From Dudresnaya verticillata (Eukaryota), in contig OZ374559.1 of NCBI GenBank assembly GCA_977862235.1, positions 1,922,001-1,986,000 of the forward strand: a DNA stretch of 64,000 bases, given 5' to 3'. Every line of letters starts with the position of its first letter. The first letter of the stretch is position 1. Positions 23,650 through 37,484 of the stretch are shown here, piece by piece. A program made the translations under genes and the position numbers. Under the pieces are notes generated by a model. The model did not search any database. It saw only the letters and a list, made by a program, of their open reading frames with translations, and was not told where the DNA came from.

Positions 23650-26600
23650 ATATTGTATCTACAATATCGAAAGGAATTGCTTGCTTTCAGGATCAGACAT
23701 GCCTGAGACTTAACTACCTCTCAGATGACATGGAAGGTACATGAGAGGGGCGTCGTTAATGTAGATATCGACTCTGGTCTGGTGTGGCTTGTTATATATC
23801 TTGTAAAACTTGAATAACTTGGCTTGAAGAGCTGTTCACTCATGGCTGAACCGCTACTATTTGTTTTCTGTTTACGTTCAAGCACTACCGCTCAAGCTAT
23901 TTGATTTACTGTTTATCGTTCAAGCAGTTGAGCAGTTACGTACTAGATATGTTGTTACGATTATTCCAGCAGTCCACGACTACGGTCTGATAGAACTAGC
24001 TGTTTTGTTACGTTTATGTTACGTCTAGCACTGCAGTTGAATTCATGCTACAGACCATGTTTTAGGGCAAACTGTGGTCTATTTATACTGACCTTCTCGT
24101 GGTCTGCAATAGGCATAGCTATCGAACCACAACAATACTTACCAACTTATCAGCACCCATTCATCCCTTTCTGCATCTCGTTCCGTTTGGTCAGCATTCC
24201 CTTCCTCAATGTGCCCCTTTTCCTTCATCAAAAACTGTGTATGCTCTGTGCGTGATGAAGGTTGAAACGGAGTCTGACCAATATGGGGGAGCCCTCTGTG
24301 CATTAGTAGGATGGCCCATCCTACTAATATAATACAAAAGCAGCACCCACCTTGGATGGGTGCTTCTTTCGTATAAAATAAAAGCTAGTATTGTGTTGAC
24401 TTGACCGAGAGCTTTCAGAGAAAGATCAGCAAACCTGTTGCTTCAGGCGCCGTATTTCGTACCAGTCCTGTTGCCCGATTGCGCAGAACCGAACTTCAAA
24501 CGAAGATATATTAGTTGTTTGACATACAGGATATATGTTGTATACACTTGTTGCTTTGCGTAACCATCCAAGTGGAGTTGACAGGAACAGTTACTGTATC
24601 AATATATCCTTGTCATATAAGAAATCACTGGAATACCGTGTATGCTTAGCTGTTACGGAAAAGGTAAGTGTAATAGGTTATCCCCAGCATTAGCTAGCTG
24701 GGTATAAACTACAGTCTGTTCTTTCTGTGAGAGCTCTGCTTCAAATTCAACATAAAGTATTTTGCTTGAATGACGCAAGAGGCTGACAACCAAGCCGAGG
24801 AAACCGCTTGTGCAATGTCTCGCTTTACACCCGCCATACTGCCATGCATTCAATGCAGGTGCCTCGTCTGCAATCCGTTGTATGTTCTTCTTTTCTCAAA
24901 GCAGGGACGCAACTGTGATCAGTGTGCAATTTCCCTTCGAGATGCATGGAGTGACTCGTGAACATTATGGATAGGAGCATGGCATTCATTTGTTAAGGCT
25001 CCGAAGCAGCGTCGATGAATGGCTGAGAGCGAACTATCAGGAAGCCACGTCGGTCCCAAATCTGGAGCTTTTCCTTATTAAACATAAAAACATAAATAAT
25101 AATATGGAAAATAAGATTAAACAAACATCTCTCCTCGCCCGTATTCTTCACTGTTCTCCTTTGTTGCGCCCTCACTCTTGGAAAGGATGGGGAAGTGCCA
25201 GTTCAAAGGGTTTCCGATGGATTCAATAAAACATGCCGTCTTCCTGTACAAGGGTGCATGCAAAGCCATCAGCGCTTCAAAGCGTGCAGAGCCATCAGCG
25301 GTTTAATGCTTGTTTCTCAAATCTTCTTTCCCACCATCACCTGGATCCGAATACCCGTCGCGGTATCGTCCTGTAATAAAGCCTGGCATGCGTTGCGAGC
25401 CATCATGGGCAGGAGGGGCTTCAATAGAGTTCAGTGTTTCATTGTCATAGCCAACAAAATTGATCATGCAAGGCTCAGAAACATTGTGTTTGAAGTATGT
25501 GTGCTCAACTGCGCAGAATGCCCATTCTGCGGCGGAAATTGGTACCTCCCTTGCTTTGCTAGTATCCTTTCTCCGCCCCTTAGGCCTGTCCTCTATCCTC
25601 GAGGGCAGGACTAAGAGGAGACTCCTTTCACCTGCTTTGGCAACGGTCCCCTAACACCATTTGTATACATATACTGTTGTGGTATGCGTATCGCTGTGTC
25701 GGAATGCAGCCCCAAGTAGATGGCAGCACGACACAGCGATGCGCATACCACAACTTGTATATGGTACATATGTATACTACATATATAAGCAAAGCATGTC
25801 TTTGTGACGCTACGCGCACATGCTTCGACATTGAGCGTATACGAAAATGTGAATCAGGTACGGGCTATCGACCAAAAGCAAAGGCGTCCGTGTCTAGAAT
25901 CGGAAGTGGGGGCTATTAATCGAAATCCGGTTTCAAACAGGCGTAGCAGTAAATCTAAAGCTGCTCTCTTGGGTGAAAGACAGACAGGAATAAGTTTGTA
26001 TGACTTTCATTAGTATCACAACACACAAACGGTACTCGAGGAGTCTGGATACAGGAGTCATTAAAACCGCGTTTGAAACGCGGGCTGTTCTGTGTTGCAA
26101 CATGCTGAAATACTGTCATCCTTTGACAAAAGTTAGTACCGCGAGCATGCTCATGCTGTGTCTGCATGTGAAGAGTTTAGTATTCGTTTTAACTTGCGCT
26201 CTGCTCCGTAGGATGACAGGCCTGCGTATGCAGCACGGCGCTGTCTGGAAACTGCTTCACCAAAAACGTTGCAATTCAATTGACAAGAAGTCCAGAGAAA
26301 CTACGTATTTTCGTCGGTGCACCTCGTCATCTCCTTTCAAGCATCGTTCGAAAGCCTCAACGCTGCGATCACAGAGCTTGAACAGATTCAAGCTAATGTT
26401 TCAAATGGCAGCTCTGCACCGTGATGTTCTCCATTATAGAACAGGCACCCCCCATGGAGGTGTTCAGATAGAGGATAGCAATGAATGAGATCATGACTGA
26501 TGCACATAATATCCAGGACGCATAATCGCTACTCTCCTTCCGAGGGTTTTAAGAGTCCTCGGCGACAATCGACGTGTATTTCAATATGTAATGGTACGTG

Positions 26601-27755
26601 TCGTGGATGCTTTCTTCTGCATCTCCGAAGGCTCTATGATAAATAAACCTTCACAGTACCATCCAGATCCGTCGCAGAAGCACTAAATACAAAAGAAAAG
26701 TTCCCCACTCTCGTTCTGCACAATACAAAGAAATAAACTTTCATATTGCAGAAGTGTTCTCAAAGGAGTTCAACGTAGAGTGTTATCTTGTTTTCTCTTC
26801 CCACGGGTTTTTAACAGATGCTTCATTATTTATTATCTCGAGTATGGCATAAAGCCCATGGTTTCTCTTCGAGCACAGAGCCCGTGAGGCCGCAACACTA
26901 CGGCATGTTGGACTTATTTGCAACAGAATTCCAATATGGAAGTTGTAGTGCTTTGATGGTTCTCGTGTCACCTTTTCCAGGCCCATTTGCAGTCTCTCCC
27001 GTAGATCTGCTAGTGTCAAACTGCCAACCCCACCTTCTTACCCGGGATGAACTTCCCCCAGCCAAAAACATCAGCTGGGCTCTCCTTCAAGGATCTCTTG
27101 CTAGCACCATTTTGCAGCGCTCCGGCATTCGCCATCTTTTTTCTCGCCCTGCAAGAGTGTTCAAGAGAGCCCGTGCCGTTTTATTTCTCCATCATTCCTC
27201 TTCTCCGGAAAAGTTTCAAAGTACCGAAAATGCTTCATACGCATTCCCAGTAACCAGGAATAGCTCTATGACTTCATAACTACGTATCCTTCCTGAGGGG
27301 AGAAGGGAAAAGGATCTAATAACCAAGCGCTAATAATTGCAGTCGGCATACTTGAATGTTTAGCCCGCGAAAGCAGTTTACTGCATCTTTGTATTGCAAC
27401 AAAGACAAACAGCAAACAACCCTCTCACCTCCCAGGCCCATCTACGAAATAGAATTGAAGAGAAAAGTAATCCCTGCTAGTCAAGTATTATTGCTGTCCC
27501 ATTTGGTTCCTGTTTGACGGCAACCAGGACCAGGTCAACCAGACGTGCTGCGCATGAATATACCAGAGGGCTAGGAGCTTCAGCGGCCATGAAATCAGAA
27601 TCTCCAACAAATCGCCTCTCCCTATCCTGGTCCTGAACACTATATAAAGCAACGACGCATCCCAGTTTGTGGGATTCATTCATCAGACACGCAACACTCA
27701 GTTGCACCTGAATACAACATCAATTCAGAAAAGCTTTCCAAGTCCACCCCACACC

Positions 27756-28130
27756 ATGAAGATTACCGCTATGCTCTGCATCTGCCTAGCATTCGCAGCT
27801 CTACATGCATCAAATGGACGATTTATTTCCGGTGACCAGCAGACAGAAGCCGTCAAGGTCAAGAAAAATATGCTCTTCACTCAAGGCGAGAACGCTGCAG
27901 AGATCCCAGCCTTTCCTTCTGAGCAACGTGATGGCCGCTTCAATGCCATTACTGTTCGCCAGGGCTATTATAGTACCGCTCCTCGACCACCGCCTCCCCC
28001 TCCGGCGGCGTGCCCGTGCAGATGCACGACGCATACAAATGCAGTTCAACAGTGCAGAAGGTTCTCTGAACGAAGGTGCTGGCTGCAGCCACAGAAATGT
28101 AGTGGAGATCGGGTCATGTGCTGTTGCTAA
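27756..28130 (+). CDS. Secreted Cys-rich prepropeptide (copy 4)
   Basis: Identical translation to copy 2. Confidence 0.85.
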   Translation: MKITAMLCICLAFAALHASNGRFISGDQQTEAVKVKKNMLFTQGENAAEIPAFPSEQRDGRFNAITVRQGYYSTAPRPPPPPPAACPCRCTTHTNAVQQCRRFSERRCWLQPQKCSGDRVMCCC

Positions 28131-31100
28131 GTTTTTTGTGGTCTTTTTCTCCTTTTAGCTGGACAAGCAATTCACGAATAAGATTGTTTTAGTTCTCAAA
28201 TAGCCTCTTATTGCAATAAATATTGCTGTGAAATGCGTTAGAGTTGGACTACTGATTCATGATCGTGTACTTTCTTTGGTACTAGTAGATAGCATCCATT
28301 AGGGAAGACGTCTCGCTTTGATAAAAGGATACATGCTCCTTTTCTGCAATTGTGGATGGAATGGCCCCCTCTTTTGGATACCAAGTGTAGTACTTACTGA
28401 CTCTCTTTGGATTTTCTATCGCGATGTTAAAGAAGGCTAATCATTCAGCTCTTTGAAGAAGGGAATCCTGCAAACCTACTTCATATCTCCAACTTTTGTC
28501 CATACAAATCCTGTCCCAATGTTTCCATCCGCTGACGCTGTTGAAGCGAACGGCGAAGGAAATCGCAGTGATGGGTATTGTGGGATATTTGGTGAGGTAG
28601 ATCTGCCTGTCACGACGTCTTTAATCCCAATGATGGTTACAAACGTTGAGTCATGTTACCTTCCGGAAAATAAATACGGTAAGGTAATGCTCCCTCGGTA
28701 AAAGTAATCTATTAGGCTAAGAGAGCATCTATAGACTGCATGGGTTATCATAGATTTATGCTTGGAACTTTGCCGTATATTAATAATGCGATGCGAAATG
28801 AAGGTATTGTTTCACTGACTTGTTTCGGAACGGATGCTTTATGGGATTTTTATGACCATAGCTTCAATCTCGGTCTTAATTGACATCGCTCTTGAATGTA
28901 GGATTTCGTCTTCGTTTGACTCCAGCCGTTCTTCGTTAGCCCGTGTAAGAGCCATTCCGCTCATCTTAATATTTTATATATTCAACGGCATACTGAAAAT
29001 GAGGTCTTACACCTTTGCAAGTGCATGCGATATGGAATTTGTTGCTAATGTTTCTGGCGAAACTCTGCGTTTCTCGACGTCGAACCGTCGGGAATTAAGC
29101 CCAAGTCCACTTCTGGACGAAGCAACAAGGCCACCACTGATCCATTGTATCTTCTGGTAGGCATATATTTGCTTAGACGTGCGGTGCAATGCATATACAA
29201 ACAAAACTGGCTTGTCGTGGGTGCGCCAAATGTAGTTCTTGACGTCTTGTTGCCAGATTATCTTAGTTGGTTCATTAGGACGGAACCATAATATTCACTT
29301 CCAGACCTTGCTGCAGGTTCATCTAAATATTCCCTCAATCGGTATCCGTGAACGGAATGCATACATTTATCTGCGTGCAATACCAGCAGTCGAACTATAT
29401 TAAGAGTGGTTTTGTATTGTTGTTTCAACTTTTCAAATTATAGGACTAGAACCGACGCAGGGACCCAATTACTTCTCAACAGTCTTCACAAGATGTTGGC
29501 GCATTGTGTTTGTTGCCTTCTAATGCATAAACGTCCCGTTACTACCGTACCTCATTTGTTCATGTGATACCCGCGCACACGTCGATGAATATCTCTCCGT
29601 TCTGACGATGATTCCCCCGTACCTATGACAGCTTTATTGAATTCACGAAGGGGTGATAATTTGGGGCACACACCGATCTATTTGGACACAGCGCTGAAGA
29701 TGCCGTTTTTGCAGATGAGATGGAAATGTTATGTGGGCACATTTGTGTATCTGCAAGCAACTGGACATCGCGTACGGTATTCCAGGTATTTTCTAAATCT
29801 TGCTTCTAATAACGATGAGAGCAGAAAAATGCGATTCCGCTGAACAACTTGGCTTGAAAAGAGCTGTTCTGTTCACTCATGGCTGAACCACTACTATTTT
29901 TTCTGTTTATCGTTCAAGCACTGCCGTTCAAGCTATTTGTTTTACTGCTTATCGTTCAAGCCGTCGGCATTTACATACTAGATATGTTGTTATGATTATT
30001 TCTAGCGGTTCACGGCTACGGTCTGATAGAACTAGCTGTTTGTTAGGTTTATGTTACGTCTAGTACAGCAGTTTTATTCACGCTATAGACTACATTGTAG
30101 CGCAGACTGTGGTCTATCTATACTGACCTTCTCGAGGTGCAGCAGTTTTAGACATCGAACTACAACAACACTTACCAACTTATCAGTACCCATTCATCCT
30201 GTCCTTCATCACTTTCCCTTTTGTCAGCGTTCCCTTCCTCAGCGCGCCCCTTCCCTTTTCAATCCCCATGAAGCCATACCGGAATTTTTCTAAATCGTTG
30301 GCGGGAAATAGACCTGCGGGCTGCGGGTAAGGGATCAAATCGCGTGAGTGTCATCATCATCGTCAAAACATTATTGAAGCAAGATGAACAGCGGAAACCC
30401 CTAATGACTCAGCAGCTGATGACTATTGGAAGGCCTGGACAAACTGGACCTCTACGATTCATTGCGAGGGCTGTGAGCTGGAGAATGCGGGAAACCAGGG
30501 GTGAAACTAACGAATGGTATTGGGAATGGAGTGCTAGGATTTGTTCCCCGGCACGTGGCTAGGAAGGAAGCGAGCTTTTGGAGTGCAGTACGGCATTCGG
30601 GACCAATGCTGCCGTGGATGTCAAAGCCCGGCGGCTGAAGCGAAATAGAATGTGATGGAAATCTTTACTCAAAGTTAAAGGTGAGCTTAGGCGGGCAACA
30701 TAGGCCCGTTTACAAGCGCATCGGCACATCGTGCCAACGGAAGGCCAGTGCTGCGAGGATAGAGGAGGATGGTGGTGGGGGTGGGGGTGGGGCGGGGAGC
30801 AGGAGAATGTGCTGCACAAACGGTGCGATACTTGCGATTCTTCCCCGTTCAGCGACTTGGGCGGCCCCTGCAGGAATTACAGCTGCCTTGGACACAGCGC
30901 GAGCAGTAGAGGGAGCAACAATAGTAAGGTCATATCTAAGGCATGAATCAGAAAAGGCAGGATCATCCAACACCAAGTCGAAACTTCAAAGATCGTCCTG
31001 GAAACGAAAAGACTGCTCTCTTGTTACAGAAAGCCCGATAGACAGGTGTCGGAGATGGGAAAAAAGGGGGTCCCGAATAGAATTGTGACGACGAGTTGAG

Positions 31101-31423
31101 CCTTGGGCACAGGGACATGTGGAAGCATGATACCCGAAACGGCCAAGGGAAACCACGCGACCAGAAACGGAGAGACAAGCAGAACAAGGGAGATCTGGCG
31201 CAACTACAGGTGCGCCCAAACGCAAGTCGAGCATGGTAGCCCAGTAGCCCAGGTGATACAGAGGTGCCTCGGCGTGGATCGGGGAATGCAGTCAAGGCCG
31301 TACGACATTTCAAACTACCACAGGAGAGAAGCCGGGTCCTTTTGACACGATCTGGAATCCAGAGGCTTGTGCCTGTGTGCTTGCTACCTGTTTTAAAAAA
31401 AAGATAGCAAGCACAAAGTGTTG

Positions 31424-32645
31424 GCGGCTCAACAGCAAACTGTTTCTGCGAAGAACTCTGCTTTAGAGAGAGAGTTAAACACAGCAATGGAGAGCTTGAA
31501 AACCAAGCAGATTCGGTGGAATACCATCGAAAACGAGGACAAACAGGAAAATGATGAATTGTGAGACCTGAAAGATACTCGGGCAGAGCTGGAGTCGGTT
31601 AAGCAAGAAAATAACGTAATTAAAGAATGGTTCGACAAAGCCAAAGGTGAAGCGATGAAGCATAAGACCGTCTCCCCACCACAACCAGCAGATCCAGGTT
31701 TTCCGCGTATGTATGAAACCCTCTTTCATCGTTGGAAACTGACAAAGCTAATCGGACAGGGTGGCTTTGGAGCAGTATAAAAAGGAAGTGGACACTTTGA
31801 ATCGATCAGCAAACATCGCGATGAAGGTGCAACTCATCCAGGACACCGCAGGCTTTGAACTAGGATATGAGCGCAACATATACCGACAGTTTGCCCATCG
31901 TCATGGTCAGGAATCGGAAGATCAGTTCATGCCGCGAGCCCGGGGGTACAGCCGGATCCCAGGCAAGTATGAGGTACTTTCCATTGATCTTCTCGGCCCT
32001 TCAGTACAAGACTACTGGCAACGCTTCTATTGCACCTTTACCCTCACCGGTATTTTGACGTTTGGAATCAGAGCGCTGACCTGTCTCGAGAGGTTCCACG
32101 ACAACGGTTACGTACATCGGGACATGAAAGCAGGAAAATGAAACTTTTTGACAGACCTGCATGGCCAAGGTAAGCTGTACTTGGCTGACTTCGGGATGTC
32201 TGTGGAATATGAAAGCTGGGAGAACCCACCGCAACAAGATGAACGAGAAGTGTTTGGAACGCTTCTCTATGCTTCAAAGACAGCACACCAGCGCAAGCCC
32301 CAGTCTCGGGCAAGTGATCTTGAGTCACTTGGGTACGTTCTCTTTGAGATGATTAAAGGTGAACTTCCTTGGAGCCATGTTGCTCGCAACTGCCACGGTG
32401 GGCGCTGGGAAGCTTGCCTTACCTTTAAGAAGATAGGAATCAATTGCCATGAATCTCCGTGGCTCGTCAAATACTTTGACTGCATCGAGAAGCTGACATA
32501 GACATTCTCACAGCATCCTGACTATGACGGACTGCGAGAGATTCTTAAGAAGTGTTTGGGACAAAGGGAAGGAGAGGTTGATTGGGTGCGATATGCAGAG
32601 GAGCACACGAGAGTATTGTATCTGCAAAATCGAAATAATAAATGA
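31424..32645 (+). pseudogene. CK1-like kinase pseudogene (copy 4, different 3' tail)
   Basis: Same lesions; diverges at 32597, giving tail YAEEHTRVLYLQNRNNK* instead of YAEDHV*. Confidence 0.88.
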
Positions 32646-34555
32646 ATGACTTGTTTTCATGATCAGACAGGCCTTTGTACTCACCACCCGGTGCGCCTGC
32701 AAATGGGCCTTTGTTGCCTGCGCAGGACCACCTAAAACAACAATAAACATGAATCATCAACTCTCAGATGACATGAAAGACCCCGGAGAGAGAGGGCTTT
32801 GGCGTACGTATCGGCACTGGTGTGACTTGTTGTATAGCTGCGTTAGCGCTATGCATGATGAAGGTTGGAACGGAGTCTGAGCGATATGCAGTAGGGTTCT
32901 GTGCATTAGTAGGATGGACGCAGCTTTCGTATAAGGGCTAAAGTATGAAGGAAAAGATACTCTTCTGCAAACCTTCCAGAGAATTTCGTTGCGAAAGCTC
33001 TCGATTCTATTATCCTTGCTGCTTTTTCTCTTCGTTCTGTATCTGTGCCTCCTCTTCCCCTTTTTATTTAAGCTGAAGTGCTGCAGGGTGGCCGGGCAGA
33101 TGACCGTAAATGGAACAGCTACAGGCTAGAAATGTAAAAGGCTTCAAGATACAGGATACAGTGGAACATCTATGTGCAAAATCTAGAACGGAAGACCAAT
33201 ATCTTCGTCTAACAATTTGGTGTTTGCAAGCACAGATGTGTGAGCATGCATTGCTGAGAAACTACATTGGGTCTGCAAACCCAAAACATTACTCTGCAGA
33301 GTGACAAGATGGGGTCAATCAGGCAGTTGCAAGATTACAAGAGGGCAAGGGGCCTTCAATGTCTGAAAATAGCTACAAGCGGAATGCATCCCCGCTGTGA
33401 TATTCTATGGCCCGGTAATGTAAGGTAAGGGTCATCGTGAAAAGAACTGCTCTCCGTTCCAGAAATACTTTCAGAAGAAGGGCGGCAAAATGCATACGGA
33501 AAAGAAGACGAATCACGCAATGCTCTTCTGTAGTTGACATTTACCTAAAAGGGCTTGGAAGGAAATGTCATTGCTGTTAGACAACATTGCAGAATGCACA
33601 TGGAACTACAGAACGCAGGAAAATCAGATTTCCTTGGCGGTGGCAGGCCATCAAAATGGCAGACAAACTTGCCTTAGGCTGGGCTGCAGTAGAAAGAGAG
33701 CCCTGCGGGACATTTTAGTACATAGGAGGGGCTCGCCATAGCAGGGCGGTAGCTCGACACGGTCGGGTATCTTCAAACCAAAATATTAGACAAGGAGATT
33801 GGCATCGCCACGCGGTCCTCGGAAGCATCTTGCCTCTCCTGGTCCTCTTCAATGGGTTTACAGATGAGCTCTCTTCAGTTTTCATGCCAATGAGAAAGTC
33901 TTTTGCGTTGTTGCGTCCGCGGAGTGCACCGAACACGCACAATGCATGGCTGAACTGAACACAAGGTGCGTGGGCATCACAACCGCAGCTATCCCCAAAG
34001 CAGAATCTCATTCGGCTGCCCGCCGTGCTCGGGGGCGGGCGCTAGACGCTAGACGCAGTGCTTTCAGAGATGCTGCCGAAGCAGCAATGACGAGCTCAGT
34101 TGAATTGTTGCAAGACGTCGCGTATCCGCACAGCTGTCAATTTTTAATGAAACCTTCATTGCTGGAGTATAGATCGACGTATGGCTCGCGCTTGCTCCCC
34201 GGAAGGTAGTCGAGTCAGCCCGAGCCAGAGCATGCGTTTTGTGTAACATCTGAAGTGATTTCAAGGGGTTGTCTGCCGTGCCCTCTGACATCTCCTTTGT
34301 TTTAAATGCGTATCTGATTGACGCCCTCGCTGCCTAAGCGGACACACTCTAATCTGCTCCCGTGAAGTCTATCGTCAAATCTGTTTCAGAGACGAGAATA
34401 ACCCAAGCTTCAACCCTTCCTTGTGAAACGCACCGACATGCCTTCACTGATTACTTGATTCAACAGCAGTACATAAGAAGAACTGGAAAGCATCACCTTT
34501 GAACAGTTCACCAACTTCTCCAGGATCAGCGTCGTTAGCATCATCTATCAGACAA

Positions 34556-35389
34556 ATGGCTTCTATCTCGGGCTCTTTCGTGGGGGCGCTAGTCCTCCTT
34601 ATTGCGGTTACGCAGACCTCTGCCATAAACTGCGACGACCCAGATTCGCGAAGCTCTCTCCAGTGCGTAAAAATGTACTTAACCGGAGGCTCGGGGAACG
34701 ATGTGTACCGCCTTTCGTCTGGCAGCAGCCGGCCGGTGTTCATCCGAGACTCAGGCGGGTACGACTCGCTGATAATTTCTGGGAGCGTGATATCAAAGCC
34801 GACGCGCATCGGGGACTCGCTACGCATCGATCAAGACGGGCGGCCGATCACGATCGTGGACCACTTTGGCTCGGGGCGGATGGAGAAGATCGAGTACGAC
34901 ATTAACATCCCGTCATCGTCATCCAGCTCATCCGACGACAACGACCCATTTGTTCTGGCTAAGAAGGTCGACAAGGGCATCTGGGACCGGTTCACGACAC
35001 GCGCGGACGGGAGCTTCACGATTCGGGAGGGGGAAACCACTGTTCTCGGACAGTATAACGATCTGGGTGGCGGGGTAGTCACTGTCACTGCGGACATGTA
35101 CAACGGGCCTACCAAGATTGGGACCATGAATGGTAGGGCGAATCACAACTATGACACATTCGGATACACCTTGAAGACAGACAAAGGCTCGATTATCTTT
35201 GAAGGCAGGGCGGCGTTGTTTGGGACGACGACGTTTACTGAGTACCGTACTTCCACGTTTGACACGGAAGGAAATCATACCAACAATGACGACGACAGGG
35301 ATGACAATGACCCGTTTGGGAATGGGCCAGCTAAAGGGCCTGGGGATGGATGGGGTGACGGCCCTGGGGGACGGGATGGCGCTGTCTAA
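34556..35389 (+). CDS. Secreted protein with RTX/haemolysin-type Ca-binding-related domain, 277 aa (paralog 1)
   Basis: Signal peptide; YLTGGSGNDVY...IRDSGGYDSL...ITIVDHF...MEKIEY pattern; acidic Gly/Pro tail; conserved with 37485-38324. Confidence 0.85.
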   Translation: MASISGSFVGALVLLIAVTQTSAINCDDPDSRSSLQCVKMYLTGGSGNDVYRLSSGSSRPVFIRDSGGYDSLIISGSVISKPTRIGDSLRIDQDGRPITIVDHFGSGRMEKIEYDINIPSSSSSSSDDNDPFVLAKKVDKGIWDRFTTRADGSFTIREGETTVLGQYNDLGGGVVTVTADMYNGPTKIGTMNGRANHNYDTFGYTLKTDKGSIIFEGRAALFGTTTFTEYRTSTFDTEGNHTNNDDDRDDNDPFGNGPAKGPGDGWGDGPGGRDGAV

Positions 35390-35575
35390 AGTAGTAGATG
35401 TTGTAAGGAACCCACAGGTTTGTTGTGAAGGTTCTTTTATGCGCTTATCTGAATGATAGGGAGTTGAAACTGTAGATAGGTATCTTCCCAACTCAAGCTT
35501 CGCGGGTGAAACTGTGTAGATTTGCGGTGCGTATGGTAGCAAATTGAGGCCGAAATGAATAAGGTTGTTTACGAT

Positions 35576-35578
<3 letters not shown>

Positions 35579-35624
<46 letters not shown>
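35579..35624. repeat. (GA)23 microsatellite
   Basis: Direct reading. Confidence 0.95.
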
Positions 35625-35632
<8 letters not shown>

Positions 35633-37421
35633 TGGCTAGACGACCGCGAACAATTTCTAAAGATTGATGATACCAAAGCAAGTGAGAAATGCTTCGCGCA
35701 GTAAGTGCTCGAGCTTCATGCCCTGGATCGCTTTCATGATACTCGAGGATCTCTGATGCAAGACGAAGCGACCACGGTCTCATACAATAGGAAATCGGGC
35801 AAGGTCCAAGACATTGTTTTGGATCGTGACCGCTTCCCATGGGATTGCGTGGTGCAATGGTCGCGCTCTTCTATTTTGTGCTGATCGTGTATAGTCTACC
35901 TGTTCCCCATCTCACTGCACTAAAAGTTGCTTTTGATAACAAACTTAAATCATTTGACCCAAACTCAACTTTGGCTGAAGTTGATTTAAAGAACGCAAGC
36001 AAAACGGTAGCATGTCGGTATATTCATTCTCTAAGTGCAAGATGACTTTGATGATAATGAGGCCCGAAATTCGTATCTCTGACCTCTTATCGATCCCTCC
36101 ATGCCTCGCCACAGTCCGTGCAAAACCTGATTCAAGATATTTTATGCGCGCATCTTACGGCCAACAACTTGCACTACCCGTACTTGTGACACATATCCGT
36201 CCTCTAAAGGCGCTCCTAACATTTGATTATCTTGAAACAGTTCTTTGCCTTGCGATGCATAGTAGCAGTCCGTGACCATGATAGACTGGAGCATATAATA
36301 GCAAATGTATATCAATCTCCACCAAGCTGAAACTTTGTTTTCGCTGCGTGCAAATGCACGAAGATTCCATCTACAGGCCAGCAATTTTTCCTTGTACACA
36401 TTACCGATCTTCCCACCAAGTCGATGCACACCTGGTGTACATTTCTGTTACACAATGCTATTTATGTACATGCAAGACTGAACACGTCGGTTTTGCAGAT
36501 GGACTTGAAATGGAACGTCTGGCGAGCTATTGTACAACGCGTCCGATGTATGCAAAATCACACGAATATTTAACAATGATGCCCACAAGCCTACGCTGCC
36601 TCACTGAAAAACCTACTGAAGCCAAGGGGCACTCTCAAACATTCAGCTAGTTTATCATCTTGCAACGAAAACCTATGCATGCTTGTAAAGAGATGCCATG
36701 GTGACTTGAGGAAGATCAGACTGGTATGAGACAGAGAGCTGCTCCCGCTTCCAACCATTCAACCTAGCATGCAGATGGCACGGTGTAGTGAGAGAAATCA
36801 GATTGACCTGCGGTAGGAGGTGCTCCCGCTTCCACGATACTCATCAAGCTGATCAATCTAACACCTTTAAAGTCCGTTTAGTCTGCTGTAGGTCCTCAGA
36901 AAAAGTCCCAGTTGTCTGTTATAGAAATGCTACGATACAACAAGGTAGAGACAAGTGCAGATGAAGATGAATCAACGGGTGCGTTTCCTCTACAACTGAC
37001 GTCTGCGGATGAGCATCAAAGTAAACTTTCTTCTGAGCCAGATGGGCAGGGCTGCTCCACCCGGTCCTCGGAAGTGACTTTCATCTTCCCTCTGGTCCTC
37101 TTGAATGGGTTTGCATTGCAAATGATAGTCGCGAATGCCGAGAAGCTGCAAAGTATTCCGGCGAATTGTTGCAATCTGCCGAGCAGTCATTGCTGGAGAA
37201 TAGATCGGAGCCAAATTGATTTGAAGGGATTTGTGCCGTTGTCCATTGTCCTGGACACGTTTAGCTTCGAAGGTGTGTGTGCGTATGAGAGAAACGAGAA
37301 CAGCTTCAGCTTCTACTCTTCTTGGTAAAACGTCCACGGGAGATTGGTTTTCATGCTCACATCCCTGTCTTTAAGCGCGGACATGCCATTACTGACATCA
37401 AGTCGTTGACACAGCAGCAGG

Positions 37422-37428
37422 TATATAA
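37422..37428 (+). promoter_or_regulatory. TATA box of paralog 2
   Basis: TATATAA 63 nt upstream of ATG; the homologous site in paralog 1 reads TACATAA (34470). Confidence 0.55.
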
Positions 37429-37484
37429 GAACAACTGGAAAGCCACATTCTTGCAGCGTGGGTAACATCATCTACCAGACAAAG

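Larger units (their letters stand above)
1..32596. repeat. Tandem array of an 8,963-bp unit (at least 3.6 copies; left end outside window)
   Basis: Sequence at 1 recurs at 8964, 17927 and 26890, and ORFs recur at +8963. Identity to the unit breaks at 32597. Confidence 0.98.

Noticed and set aside
1..32596. Array as rDNA, prophage, virus concatemer or Helitron rolling-circle array
   Set aside because: No rRNA, capsid, Rep/helicase or integrase signatures; the boundary fits recombination between paralogs.
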